DNA from: Protoeuglena noctilucae | Taxonomy: Eukaryota | Direction of reading: 5' to 3' | Length of the DNA stretch: 64,000 bases | Assembly (NCBI GenBank): GCA_958009085.1 | Contig: OY253668.1 | Span: 1,612,001 to 1,676,000, forward strand | In this document: one piece after another, positions 1 through 11,346 of the stretch | Layout: each line of letters opens with the position of its first letter | Numbering within the stretch: the first letter of the stretch is position 1 | Position numbers and translations under genes: made by a program | The notes under the pieces: model-generated | Told to the model about the DNA's origin: nothing | Databases searched by the model: none | What the model saw: only the letters and a program-made list of their open reading frames with translations

Positions 1-2220
1 TCCGCGCCTTCATGCTCGCAGTGACCGTGAAGGAAGACGTGTTGACCGCCTTGAACACGTCGCTCTCCGCTCTCTTCTCGAATTCCAGCCGCTCTCTGCA
101 TGCAGTCACGAGGTGGGTCACAGGAATGCGCGTGCTGACAGCGCCGTTGCCATCAAGCCCAAATCCATATCGTGCTTGCCTGAGGTTGAAGGCCGCGTGG
201 AGGACGTCGGCACCGAGCCGCTTGGCCAGCTTGGGCATATCCACCTCAAAGAGGAAGAAGCAGCGGTTTGCAGCGTGGTCGGACGTCCGCGGCAGCGTAA
301 ACAACTGGACGTAGCCGCCGGCCATCATCCGGTAGAGTACCTCCCTCGCCTCCTTGAGAGGAATCATGGCTGAGTCAGCCACAGTTTTCTGCTCTGCACG
401 AGATCGAGGTCAAGATGCCGGTCGATATGCTCGCAATGACGCTCTGTCCCCACAGCGCCGGGGACCGGGGACAGTCCCCCCCACGTCGCATGACGCTGCC
501 TCACCGAGGGCGCCCCGGTAGTTGAGGATGCGGAAGATGCGCAGTCCGGCCTGGCCGAACCGCCGCAGAATGGTGCCATCCAGCTCGTACATCCGAACCC
601 AGTCCACCAGCCGTGAGATGTTGGCGTAGTACGTCGTGCCCCCCGCCCTGGTTGCACAACAGCATAAGACCGACATCGGCACAAACACCGTCTCATACCT
701 GGTGATGCCGCCGGGCGCAAGCAACAGCGAGCGGCAGAGACAGGCGTCCGCATGCCCCGGGTCCGGCACTCACACATCGCCCCCCCGCCCCACGTGGTCC
801 CGCATGTCCATCGTCATCTTGTTGAGCTCTTCCCCGACCGTCTCGGCCGTCCCCTCGGGCGCCTCGCCCCTTCTCTCCATGCTCCGGCACGCCTCCCTGC
901 ATGGGAGGCCACAGGATGAGAGGCCGCTGAGCGAGGGCTGCACGATCGAGCAGGAACGACGACGTCCTCGCGGGCGTGGGGATGAATGCCACGCGACGCA
1001 CCGTATGACAGTCAGCGGCAGGTTCGCCGTCGTGTGCTTGCGCAGGTTGTCCTCTCGATTGCTGAAGCGGTCCACGGTCAGCAGGGCGGCCACCGCGTTG
1101 GCCTCCGCGTCCCCGATATGCTGCCGCGCGGCGGCAACCAGCGTCTCGTCGCGCATGATCCTGCGCACCGGGGCGGACCCCAACATCTGAGCCCTGGGTG
1201 CCGTGCACCTGCCCAGCCCGCCGCGGACCATGCCACCCTCCCCAGCCGCCGCTCCGCGCCGCGTCCGAGGTCCCATGCACCTCACCGGTTGAACTCGTCG
1301 ACATTGACACGCCAATGCACCACTTGCGGGCGCACGTCCGGGCTCTGTCCCACCGCCACGACCGCCTCCAAGCTGTCCCCCGCCGGCCTCTTGGAACCGG
1401 CCATTCGAGCGCCCTTGTCCGCGACCCCGTCCGCACCGTCCACGGACGCAAACCTCTCTCGCTCGTAGTCGACCAGTGCCTTGCGGTGGCCCGCCTCCAT
1501 CGGGTCCGCGATGACGTTGACGGTGCGCGAGCGCTTGGTGGGCACCGAGGCCGGGTGGGGCGGGATGGCGACGTCCGGCAACGTGCAGGGCGGGACGCGC
1601 TCCACCAAGCGGCTCGCCAACAGGCTCTGGAAGGCATCCAGGCACATGCGACGGCGCGCATCGGTGCGGGACCGCAGCAGCGAGGGGTCCGCGGCCTCCT
1701 CCTCCTCCTCCTGCGCCGTCCTGATGGCGTTCGCGACCGTCGCGATGAGGGTGCCGTGCGGGAGGCGCCCGTTCATCATCAGCGCCTCCACGAGGGCCTC
1801 CGCGGCTGGGCCGAACCGCTCCAGGGCGATGAGGAGGAACCTGGGCCACCGGATGGTCAGTCGAAGCCGGTCCCCCAAGCCGCGATACACGAACCATTGC
1901 TGGACGCCCTTGGAAGTCTCCTCGGAGTGCTGGAGCGCCTCCACGAAGTTGTGATGGATCAGCACGGCGAGGGAAAGCTTGCACTGCTGTCCGGTGAGCC
2001 CTGCGCTGGGTCTCGGCGGCTCGCGCGTCAGAGCTCGCCACATTGTACAGTTACATGCGGGCGCTCGGTCTGTTCAGGCCGCGAACTCGCCAGACTCGCG
2101 AACGATGTCCTCCAGTCGTGACGTGCCGCCCATCAGGACCGTCCGGGCGACCTTGGCCACCATTGGCCCGAACAGCTCATCCGCGATGGACACCACAAGC
2201 CTCAGGGCGTTCGGCTCCAT
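1..2220 (-). CDS. RPC3: RNA polymerase III subunit RPC3/C82 (multi-exon, 3' end runs off window start)
   Basis: Spliced translation MEPNALRLVVSIADELFGPMVAKV...LAVLIHHNFV...WPRFL...LMMNGRL...WRVNVDEFNR...RIFRIL...LEQKTVADSAMIPLKEAREVLYRM...FFLFEVD matches the POLR3C/RPC62 pattern. First intron 2001-2090 is GC-AG. Confidence 0.88.
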
Positions 2221-3152
2221 GGCCCTGGCCCGGGCCCGGGCACGTCAGCCCCGCAAAGCGCGGTGAAGGCCCTCCCAGCCACAGTCTCGACTTTCCGCTC
2301 GGCCACCGCGGCTCCTTCGTTTGTGTTTATCCTATGAAGCGCGTAGACTTGCCAATCGCGGGTCAGGATTCGACACAAGGCTATTACAGAGTGTGAGCCT
2401 CACAGGGAGTCCCGATATGCATGCACAGACAAAGGCCTGTTCAGATGTTTGTCTCGTGCATGGTCTTGCGACGGCAGGGGAGGCGGGAACGGGTTTCTCC
2501 GCCTTGGCTCCGTCTGACACGCCCCCGCCTCTGGCGCCCTGCTGCGGCCCAAGTCCCCGCTGGGAAGCTGGCGCCCTCTATGCCGATGCTCGCAAGCCGC
2601 GGAATCCCGAGCTGCGTTGCATCCCCCCGACCTGCAGCCTGTGCGTGGTGAGGCCCTTGCCACACCGTCGCTCATCGCAGAGGTGACACATCGCATCGCG
2701 CGGGTACCTGCGCGGCGGTGTTGCAGCGGTTACTGGATGGTGGCCCAACTGCGCGGTGGCGCTTTCCAGGGTATGCACATCTGGGATGCGCGGGTGTGGC
2801 GATCCTCCGCGCACGGTGTCGACCCGACGCCAACCCACCCCGGCCACTTTCGTGAGGTTTTCCCCTCGATCATTCCCGGCGTGGGCTGGACCGCGGTGCG
2901 AGCATCCCCGGTTCGCGCGGGCGATCTGCTGGGTTGCAGCCACCGCCCCCCCGCGTGGGGGTGCGCGGCGGTTTTGCGCCGGATTGGCAGCGCCTTGCAC
3001 ATGCTCGTCGTTGCAGCCATACATCGCGCCCCAGCCAGGGTCGAACGGCGCGGCTGCCGCGACAGGAATCCCCCTGTTTTGCATGCGTGGCCCGACTTTT
3101 TCGTCCGCGGGGCCGTCTTCATCGAAGCTTTCCAATCATAGTCGCAGATCCT

Positions 3153-5505
3153 ATGCTGAACCGAGCTTCCCCATCCGCAGGCTCCATCTGCGGGTCGCTG
3201 GCGTCTCGTCTCGAGATGAACGCAGCCGTGGGCGTCCGGGCGCACTGCGCCGCTGGCCCCGAGTCCCGCGCATGCAGCAGGAGGTTGTGGAGAGTGGGTT
3301 CCGTGCACTGCGCTCCGCGCAGCCCCGTGCGCACGCGAGCCGCCCAGGGTGAGTGCCACAGCCGAGACGCCATGCTTCGTGTGACCCAGGGCAGCTTATG
3401 ATGACCCGCCGCTCGCGATGCCGTCGCGCAGACGAAATCCTGGCCCAGAGTGCCTTCGACAAGCTCTGCCTGGACGGGGAGAGGCACTACTCGACCGTGT
3501 CAGGTCAGGCTGCGCTCGGCATCACGGCATGCAAGGCAGCGCCATTTGCTGGGGTGGACTGGATCAAGCATCCATGCGCTGGCTTGGAATGCTGCCCACC
3601 CCGTCGCCGGTCTCGACAGTGGCTGCCCCGTCTGTCTCTGCGCAGTGCACGGTGGCGAGCGGGGTGGCCGTCCCCGTGTGTCTGACTCGCTGACGACGCC
3701 CATCGTCCAGACGTCGACCTACTCGTTCAAGAACACTGCGGAGCTGATCGCGTACCAGGAGGGCAAGTACGGGTCGTTCGAATACGGCCGGTATGGGAAC
3801 CCGACCACGAAGGTGAGCCTGTTCACTCATGCGGACCCTGGCATGCCCACTCCCTTGCCGAACGCCGCCAGCTGGGCGGTGGTGAGCAAGGCACACTTTC
3901 TCAGCCTCTCAGCTGCCAACGCAAATAGCCCCATTTCTTGGGCTAGGGCGGTCCCAGCGCGGCTCGGCAGTGCGCATCGCTTGCTTGCGGTCCACAGGCG
4001 GCGGAGGAGAAGCTGCACGTCATGGAGGGCGCGGAGGACTGTCTCATTTCTGCCTCCGGCATGTGCTCCGCGACGACCATGCTCCTGGCCCTCGTGCCCC
4101 CTGGGGGCCACATCGTGACCACCACGGACTGCTATCGCCGCACGCGCCAGTTCATCCAGACGCTCCTGCCCAAGATGGGGATCTCGGCATCTGTCATCGA
4201 CCCTTCCGACCTCAACGGCCTGCAGGCGAGGAGGCCTGGGGCGGCGGCGCTGCTGGTTGGCCCAAGCTAGCCGCGAGTGTCCCTCTTGTGCCGAGCCTTG
4301 CGCCTGCACCTCCGTCTCCCGCAGTCGGCGCTGGACAACCACAACGTGACCCTCTTTTTCTCCGAGTCCCCGACGAACCCCTACCTTCGCTGCGTCGACG
4401 TGCCGCGCATTGCGGAGCTCTGCCACGCCAAGGGTGCCATCGTGGTCATCGACTCCACTTTCGCCACGCCCATCAACCAGCAGGCGAGACCCCCTCACGC
4501 TCTGTCGCACTCGGTTCTGCCCAGCTGCGCTTGCGGCCGTCTCGCTGACCGCCGCCCTACTGTCGAACGTGCATGGGGAACCACCGCCCACGCAGGCGCT
4601 TGCCCTGGGTGCGGACCTGGTGCTGCACTCGGCGACCAAGTACCTCGCGGGCCACAACGACGTGCTCGCGGGGGCCATCGCGGGCAAGGCGGACATCGTG
4701 CGGTCGGTCCGTGCACTCCACAACGTGCTCGGCGGGGTCATTGGTGAGCACTGCGCCCGCGTCGGGATGCCAAGCCGCCTCCATGGCATCCCGTTGACAT
4801 CCTGGATGCACCTGCGCGTGTTTGCAGACCCCCACGCCTCCTACTTGGTGCTCCGCGGCATGAAGACGCTCGGACTGCGGGTGGAGAAGCACAACAGGAG
4901 CGCCATGGAGATCGCGACGCGCCTCGAGGCCCACCCCCGCATCGCCAAGGTCCACTACCCGGGCCTGGCCAGCCACCCCGACCACGCCATCGCCAAGGCA
5001 AGAGTCTGGCGTTGGCACAGCGAGCCCGTTTGATGCGGCCCCAAAGATAGCGAGTTTCAGCCCCAAGCGCCGTAGGACTGTTAGCGTGCTGAGCCTGTCC
5101 CGTCCCATCCCGCTTGCAGGCTCAGATGTCCGGCTACGGCGGCGTCATTTCATTCGAGGTGGACGGCGGACTGGAGGAGACGGCGGCCTTCATCGACAAC
5201 TGCCGGCTGCCCTACATCGCGCCCTCGCTGGGCGGAGTCGAGTCGCTGATCGAGCAGCCCGCTGTCATCTCCTACTGGGACCAGGGCCCGGAGGTGAGAA
5301 GGTGGATTGGGCGCATGCGACGGGGCGCGCGGCCTGCTTTCTGCCGGCAGCGGCCGCCGGATCCCCGGCTCGTGCTGCGTGCGTGCAGAAGCGCCGCGAG
5401 CTGGGCATCAAGGACAACCTCGTGCGCTTCTCGTGCGGCATTGAGGACGTGGAGGACATCTGGGCCGACATGGAGCAGGCCCTCCACGCCGTCTTCAAGC
5501 ACTAG
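3153..5505 (+). CDS. CGS1: Cystathionine gamma-synthase, plastid-targeted (Cys/Met metabolism PLP enzyme), 9 exons
   Basis: Transit-peptide-like exon 1, then VHGGER...LTTPIVQTSTYSF...EYGRYGNPTT, SASGMCS, FFSESPTNP, IDSTFATPINQ, HSATKYLAGHNDV (PLP lysine), YIAPSLGGVESL, LVRFSCGIED. Stop TAG at 5503-5505. Confidence 0.93.
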
Positions 5506-5602
5506 TAGGGCGGCGCGATGTGCGGCAACGCCGTGTCTTCGTCCCATTGAACCACTGGGCCGGTTTCTGTTTCAACGTGCGCATGTTGGGAGACCGACAC
5601 GG

Positions 5603-6686
5603 TCAGCTCGACTTGGCGGTCTGGAGCTTGCGGAGGGCGGCCATGGCGCGCTCCACGTGCGCCTCCACGTCAAGCTGGGAGTTGAAAACCAACACCACCT
5701 TGCCCTCCTTGGAAATGACGTAGGTCTGGCGGCCTGGGAGGAAGCCGAACATGTCCGAGGGGACACCGAAGCCCTTGCGCAGCGCGTTGGCCTCGTCCGC
5801 CAGAATGCTGCGGGCGAGGTCAATACCTCCTCGAATGAAGCGCACCCCGCACCGCACACGCGACCGCCAAGAGCTGTGTCTGCTGTGCCGTTGCGACCAC
5901 GTTGTACTCACGTGAATGGCAGGCTGTGCTTGCTCGCGAACGCCTCCTGTGCCTGCACCGTGTCGCCCGAGATGCCTACGACCTCCGCGCCCAGGCTTTG
6001 GAAGGCCTGGTACTCGTCCCGGAATTTGCAAGCCTCCTTCGTGCACCCGGGCGTCTCAGCCTGCACACAGGACAGCATTCGCAACCGTCTCGCCTCCCCA
6101 CGCACGGCCTGCCTTCCAAAACCTCCCTACAGCCCTAGCCCGCCATACCTTTGGGTAAAAGAAGACCACGAGGGGCTTCTTCCCCTGGAACTCGCTCAGC
6201 GACGTCATGCCGCCCTTGCTGTTCTTGAGCTTCCTGAAGTAGTCGGGGTAGTCCGTCAAGCGATCCCCCTCGCTCAGGGCCGCGCGGACCGCCACCGAGC
6301 GAACGGATGGACGGCTGGCCTGGACCGGAGCAGGCAGGCGCCTGAAGCTGCCGATGCGGGACGCGACAGGCCGCACTGCGGGAGAGCGAACCAATTAACG
6401 GAGCTGTGCCCGGTGCAGGGAGGCATACGGACGACTACCACCCAGCCCTGCGCAGGGCGGCATGCGGGCGACAAACGCACAGCCTGCCAATTTTCCTGGT
6501 CCGGATGAAAAGCCACGACGATGGCCCCCACAAGATGTCGTTATGCCTGATGTCGGTCAGAATGGCAGTAACCGACTGGAAAGCGCATGTGGGATGCCCC
6601 ATGGCTTCCAAAACGCGGTCCTCGAGGGGCGGCGGAGCCCGGTGCGTGTGCTCACCCGCAGGCCGCGCCATCATCGCGGACGCCAT
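5603..6686 (-). CDS. PRXQ: Peroxiredoxin Q (BCP-type), chloroplast
   Basis: Transit peptide MASAMMARPA|VRPVASR...VRA, then VVFFYPK|AETPGCTKEACKFRD (CxxxxC PrxQ motif), GISGD, LPGRQTYVI. Confidence 0.93.
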
Positions 6687-7408
6687 CGTTGAGTCCCAAG
6701 GATAAAGAGACTGTGTAATAACACGAAAACCTTGCTAGGAAGACTGCTCATGGATGCATCCTCCCATTGGCGAAGTCAGGGGCGCCCACGACGCAGCCAG
6801 ATCTCCGCCTGCCAGAGAAAGCGCCGAGCTCACGAAAGGCGCCACTGACATGCATCCTTGGTTAACAGCCGCGCTCTTTTCGTGTGTATTCACCCTCGGC
6901 TCCTGGCGACCTCGCCTATTGCGTAGACTGCGACGGGGGGCATGGCACAGTATGTGGCCTGCAGGCCCGCGCCGGCCAGGTGACCCCTGGGCGCGCAAGC
7001 GCTTGTGGTGCAAGGATAGCTCCGCGCCGAGTGGATGGCGCGGATGGGCTGGATGGCCCGCGATTGGCCCGCTGCCTTGGTATCAGCCATGCCCCCATCC
7101 ACACCCCTGCCCAGCTCGAACTGTCTGTGCTGACAATTGTGTTTATGGCTTATCGAAAACCCCTTCCCTCGGCGCTCACGGTGGGCTGGGTCGTCTCGAC
7201 CCGTGCCCACCCCGCCCCTGCTCGCCTAGCCTTGGCATGCATCGGCCTTTACTCTCTCATGACCGTGTGGTCCCGCGTCGGCGCCGATGGGCGACGGCGC
7301 GGGGCTGCGGGTTGCCAGGCCTCACGTCCCGTGGTGCACGGTTCCCGACGCTTTTGCTGCGCCGATGCCGCGGTGCCCGGTGCCCGGACGTGCCCCTGCG
7401 CCGTACGA

Positions 7409-8560
7409 ATGCGCGTGGGTGCTTGCCTTGCCGTTACTCGGGGCGGGGCGCCTCGGACCGGACACCGCCCCGCGGTCCTTCATCTGTCGCAAGCCTGCTC
7501 GAGGGCCCCCGGTCTGGCATCGCGCACCTTCGCCCGTATCGCATTCGGTTCCCGCAGGTTGGAGGTTGGCAGGGCTGCCCGCCGGGGGACGGCGCTGATC
7601 GCGCGCGCGAGCCCCGCGAAGCCGTCCCTGCCTCCCACCGTGTCCGAGACGAAGGCCAAGTTCTTAAAAGCCTACAGCAAGCCCGTCAACCCCATCAGCT
7701 CGGCCATCGTCAACGAGCTGCTCGTCCAGCAGCACCTGTGGCGCTACCAGAAGCGCTACCAGTACGACGAGGTGTTTGCGGTGGGCGTGTGCTCCATCTT
7801 CGACCAGGTCCTCGAGGAGCTCCCGGAGTCCGAGCAGAACGCCCTGTTCAAGGCCTACGTGACGGTGAGGCGCGCCGGGGCCAGGCGCCCGCGCGACCTG
7901 CCCTCCCCGCACGACGCCAGCTCGCTGAAATCTGGGTGCAGCGCCGCGCGAGCGCCCCCCGACGCCCGATCCGCCTGTCTGCAGGCGCTCAACGAGGATC
8001 CCGCCAAGTACCGGGCGGACGCCAAGCGCATGGAGGCCTGGGCGTCCGAGCTGGCGAATGCCTCGGGGGTCCAGCCCGATGCGTCGGGCGATGAGGGGCA
8101 GAAGACCCTGGGGAAGATCGCCGAGCGCATCCGCGCAGGGGATTTCTACTACACCCGCTTCTTCGCCATCGGCCTCTTCCGGCTCCTCGAGGTGCGGAGG
8201 GCTCTCTACTGTCCCTAGCGGGTTGTGCAAAGATGGCCAGCGAAATCATGAGCTATGCCACCCTTGCTTTTGACCCATCCAGAGACTTTTTGATGGCTCC
8301 TTTCCTTCCCTGTGATGCAGCTCGCGGGCGCCTCGTCTCCCGAGGCGCTCAAGTCGACGGTGGCGTCGATGGGCGTGGACTCGGCAGCCGTCACGCGTGA
8401 CCTCAACCAGTACAAGAGCATCCTATCCAAGCTGAGCCAGGCCAAGGAGATGATGAAGGAGTTCCTGGAGCGCGAGCGCCGCAAGACGGAGGAGCGACGG
8501 GCGGAGAAGGCGAAGAAGGAGAGCGACGCGGGGTCCAAGAAGGAGGAGGTCAACGCATAA
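7409..8560 (+). CDS. THF1: Thylakoid formation 1 / Psb29 (start uncertain; 7145 also possible)
   Basis: PPTVSETKAKFLKAYSKP...ELLVQQHLWRY...DPAKYRADA...FYYTRFFAIGLFRLLE...RDLNQYKSILSKLSQAKEMMKEFLERERRK, preceded by an Arg/Ala-rich transit-like segment. Confidence 0.92.
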
Positions 8561-8878
8561 AGGGACTGGGAATGAGAGATAGGGGAGGGGAGCGTGGAGG
8601 GCGACGGCGCCACGAACGAGGAGGTGGGGAGGGTCGCAGGGCGGGGGGCGCGACGGGGCAGCCTCTGGGCCGCCTTGCGACATGTGGACGGGGGTGATGG
8701 AATTTGATGCAAGGCCCTGTCGACACCAGTTGCATGGAGGTCGTCCATGCGATGATGTGCATCTTGTGGGGGTGAACAACCCGAGGCAGCCGATTTCTAG
8801 GGCTGACATGAGGGTGAGTATGACCTGCCCTCGCTTGAATCAAAAGGGAGATCACTGCATTCACGAGCGTCGCCTATG

Positions 8879-10805
8879 CTACCCCTGCCCCTCTCCAGGT
8901 CCCTCTAGCGGCTCGTGGCCCAACCGCCACAGCACGAGGGCGTTGACGGTCCATGGCTGGCCCGGCAAGGCGTCCACAGTCTCCCGCAGGGAGTCACTCC
9001 CAGACTCGTCGCCGGATGACCCCGTATCTCGAGCACTCCCGCTCGTCCCCTGTGCCTCCCCATCGACGTCCCCCGCCCCTCTTGTCCCCAAACCCATTGG
9101 GTACCTCCGCATCCCGGAGGCCGTTGCTACCAGGGGCAGCCATGGGTGGATGGAGACCCCGTTGACCGTATCCTTCGCCACGCTGCAAGCAGCACGCCGG
9201 GAGCAAGTTAGATACTCGCGTGCCGGGGAGAGGGTGGAACTGCGTGCAATCCAACGCCCTCCCTTGCCGCTGCGATGGTGGGACCAGGCGCCCGGACGCG
9301 GCAGCCTCGCCTGCAGCAAGCGACCTCGCTCCCATCCCGCAGGTCAAACCCGCGAAGGCACCCGTCCTCCCCGCCCGTCACGAGGTGCCGCCCGGCCGGC
9401 TCAATGTCAAACTCCATACGCTGGTTGGTGCGTGGGGTGACGCGCTGCAGCACGTACAGACTCTGCCCGGCGCGGACGTCCCAGCAACGCATCTCCGCAT
9501 CCGCGCGGGCACCCGTGTACAAGTAGTGGCCCTCTCTGCCGAACAGCACCTGCGTCACGCCGCCCTTGTGACCCTCCAGCACGACCTCTGCGGGCGCCAC
9601 CCCAGACGAGCTGCACCTGTGCGTCGACTGTGTGCAATCACAGCGCACCGCGCGATGGAAGACAGGAATGGCCCCGGCTGAGTGAGTCAGCCACTCACCG
9701 GCCTTGCCAGTCCTTGCATCCACCACCGCCGCAAGGCCTCCGTAGGTGCCGATGGCGACCACCCCTGGGTCGACCGGCGTGACCCCAATCGTCGATACGA
9801 TCCCCGGGACGCCTCCCCCGTGTTTCCGCCTGTACATCACCCAAGCCTCGCAGCTCCCTCCGGGTCGTTCGACGTCAAAGACACGCACCTCGTGCTTGAG
9901 CCCCGCCATCACGCGGGTGCCACAGGCGCTGCGGGCCGACAGAGCGCTGATGATGGTTTCGAGCATCTATCGCCACTGCTGTCCGCACACGTCACGACGC
10001 GTGACGTACCTGAACCCCACCGAGTAGGCGGCAGTGGGGCTGTCCGTCCGGTCATGGGCCCGGTAAGACGCGCGCAGGTGGCCCGTGACGGCATCCCACA
10101 GGTGCACGGGCAGGCCCCGCGCCGTGGATGCGAGGCAGCACGTGGCCGGGTCGTGCGGGGTCATCCCGGGGTACCACGCGTAGGAGTAAATGGTTTCTCC
10201 CTCCGCTGCGGGGTAACGACGGCTTGTTGCTTGAGATTGGTATGTTGCTCGCCCGGAAGAGCGTGGGGCATGTGGCACAGCACATCACCCGTTCCACGCA
10301 CCGATGGTCAGCGCTGCAGACATGTGCCTCGGCGCGGGGCTGTGCGCATCGGGTCCTGCCTGGTCCTCCGCGCCGTCAGCTGCGTGCATGCCACGCAAGG
10401 CTACACCTTCAGAAAGCCGGCTTGAGGGCTGGCTCAGCTGCTCGTGCGCGCCATGGAGCTACTCGCCTGGGCTCAGGGCGTCCTCCGGCAGGTCGTACAA
10501 CCGGATGGCCCCGTCATCCGCTGCGGCTGCCAGGCAAGCGCCATCCGGCGACCACTGGCAGCCCTTCAGGAAGTTCGACTGGGGCGTGCGAAGCGTGAAC
10601 TGCGGGAGCGCGCGCATGGCGGGCGATGTGCTGGCTGTGGGCCTACCAGCGGGCCCCTCCCGAGCGCCTCTACGTCACAGCAAATCCGGAAAGCCTCTCT
10701 CCCGCCCCGTCTCACCAGGTCTCCGTCAGGGCCGCGGAAGTCCTGCCAAGCCGCCCCTATCGCCCGCGGCAGCGAGTCCAGCCGCAGGACTTTCCACCCC
10801 GACAT
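8879..10805 (-). CDS. WRAP53: Telomerase Cajal body protein 1 (WRAP53/TCAB1) WD40 protein
   Basis: NFLKGCQWSPDG, EGETIYSYAWYP, PVHLWDAVTGHLRASYRA, GHKGGVTQV..YLYTGAR, TNQRMEFDI, DTVNGVSIHP..ATASGMR are family-typical motifs. Two GC-AG introns. Confidence 0.9.
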
Positions 10806-11346
10806 GGCCTCATCGCTTGCGCAGCGCACTGAGACGAGCTCGGGCATCGGAAAGCGTATTTCTAGACCTGCCTTGGGATTACCCTTGCAAGAGCGGCGTC
10901 CACCGCTCTCGAGGGCCTGGCCGTCCCCGCGCGCCCTCCATTCTCTGATCTGGGACGCTGATGTCACCGGGACCCACGTCCCGCCGCGGCCGACCTCCTT
11001 GTGCTGCGGAAAGCGCCTACCGTCGCATCGCCGCACACGACGCGCGGGGAGACAGCTCGACACCGCTTTGGCACTTGACGTTTTCAGCGGAGCCAGGTGC
11101 GGCCGTCGACAGTGCGCATGGCTCCTTCCCGGCGACCCTCGAGCGGTGGAGTCCCCCGCCGCGGAGGGAAGCCTTCCGGGCCCGTTTTGGTGTAGACGAA
11201 GCGCGTGGCTTGCAACCGGGACCTTCTTCGGCCTCCCTGCAGGCGGGGTGTGGTGCCGAAGTTCTCTCCCCTTCTCCGGGCGCTAATCGAGCCCTCTGCG
11301 CGGTCCCCCTCGCCCGGGCATCGGTGCTATCCGTTCGTTGGGAAGA

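Noticed and set aside
2300..3140. ORFs between RPC3 and CGS, and a GGATTCGAC tRNA-like motif near 2366
   Set aside because: No protein motif or codon bias and no cloverleaf. Treated as divergent promoter/UTR.
3153..3503. Plant MTO1 ribosome-arrest peptide in the CGS N-terminus
   Set aside because: No RRNCSNIGVAQ-like sequence is present.
5114..6508. Long antisense or overlapping ORFs (e.g. 5114-6508, 13002-14507, 27249-28838, 33068-34579)
   Set aside because: Shadow ORFs expected from very high GC and GC3 bias opposite real genes. No recognisable motifs.
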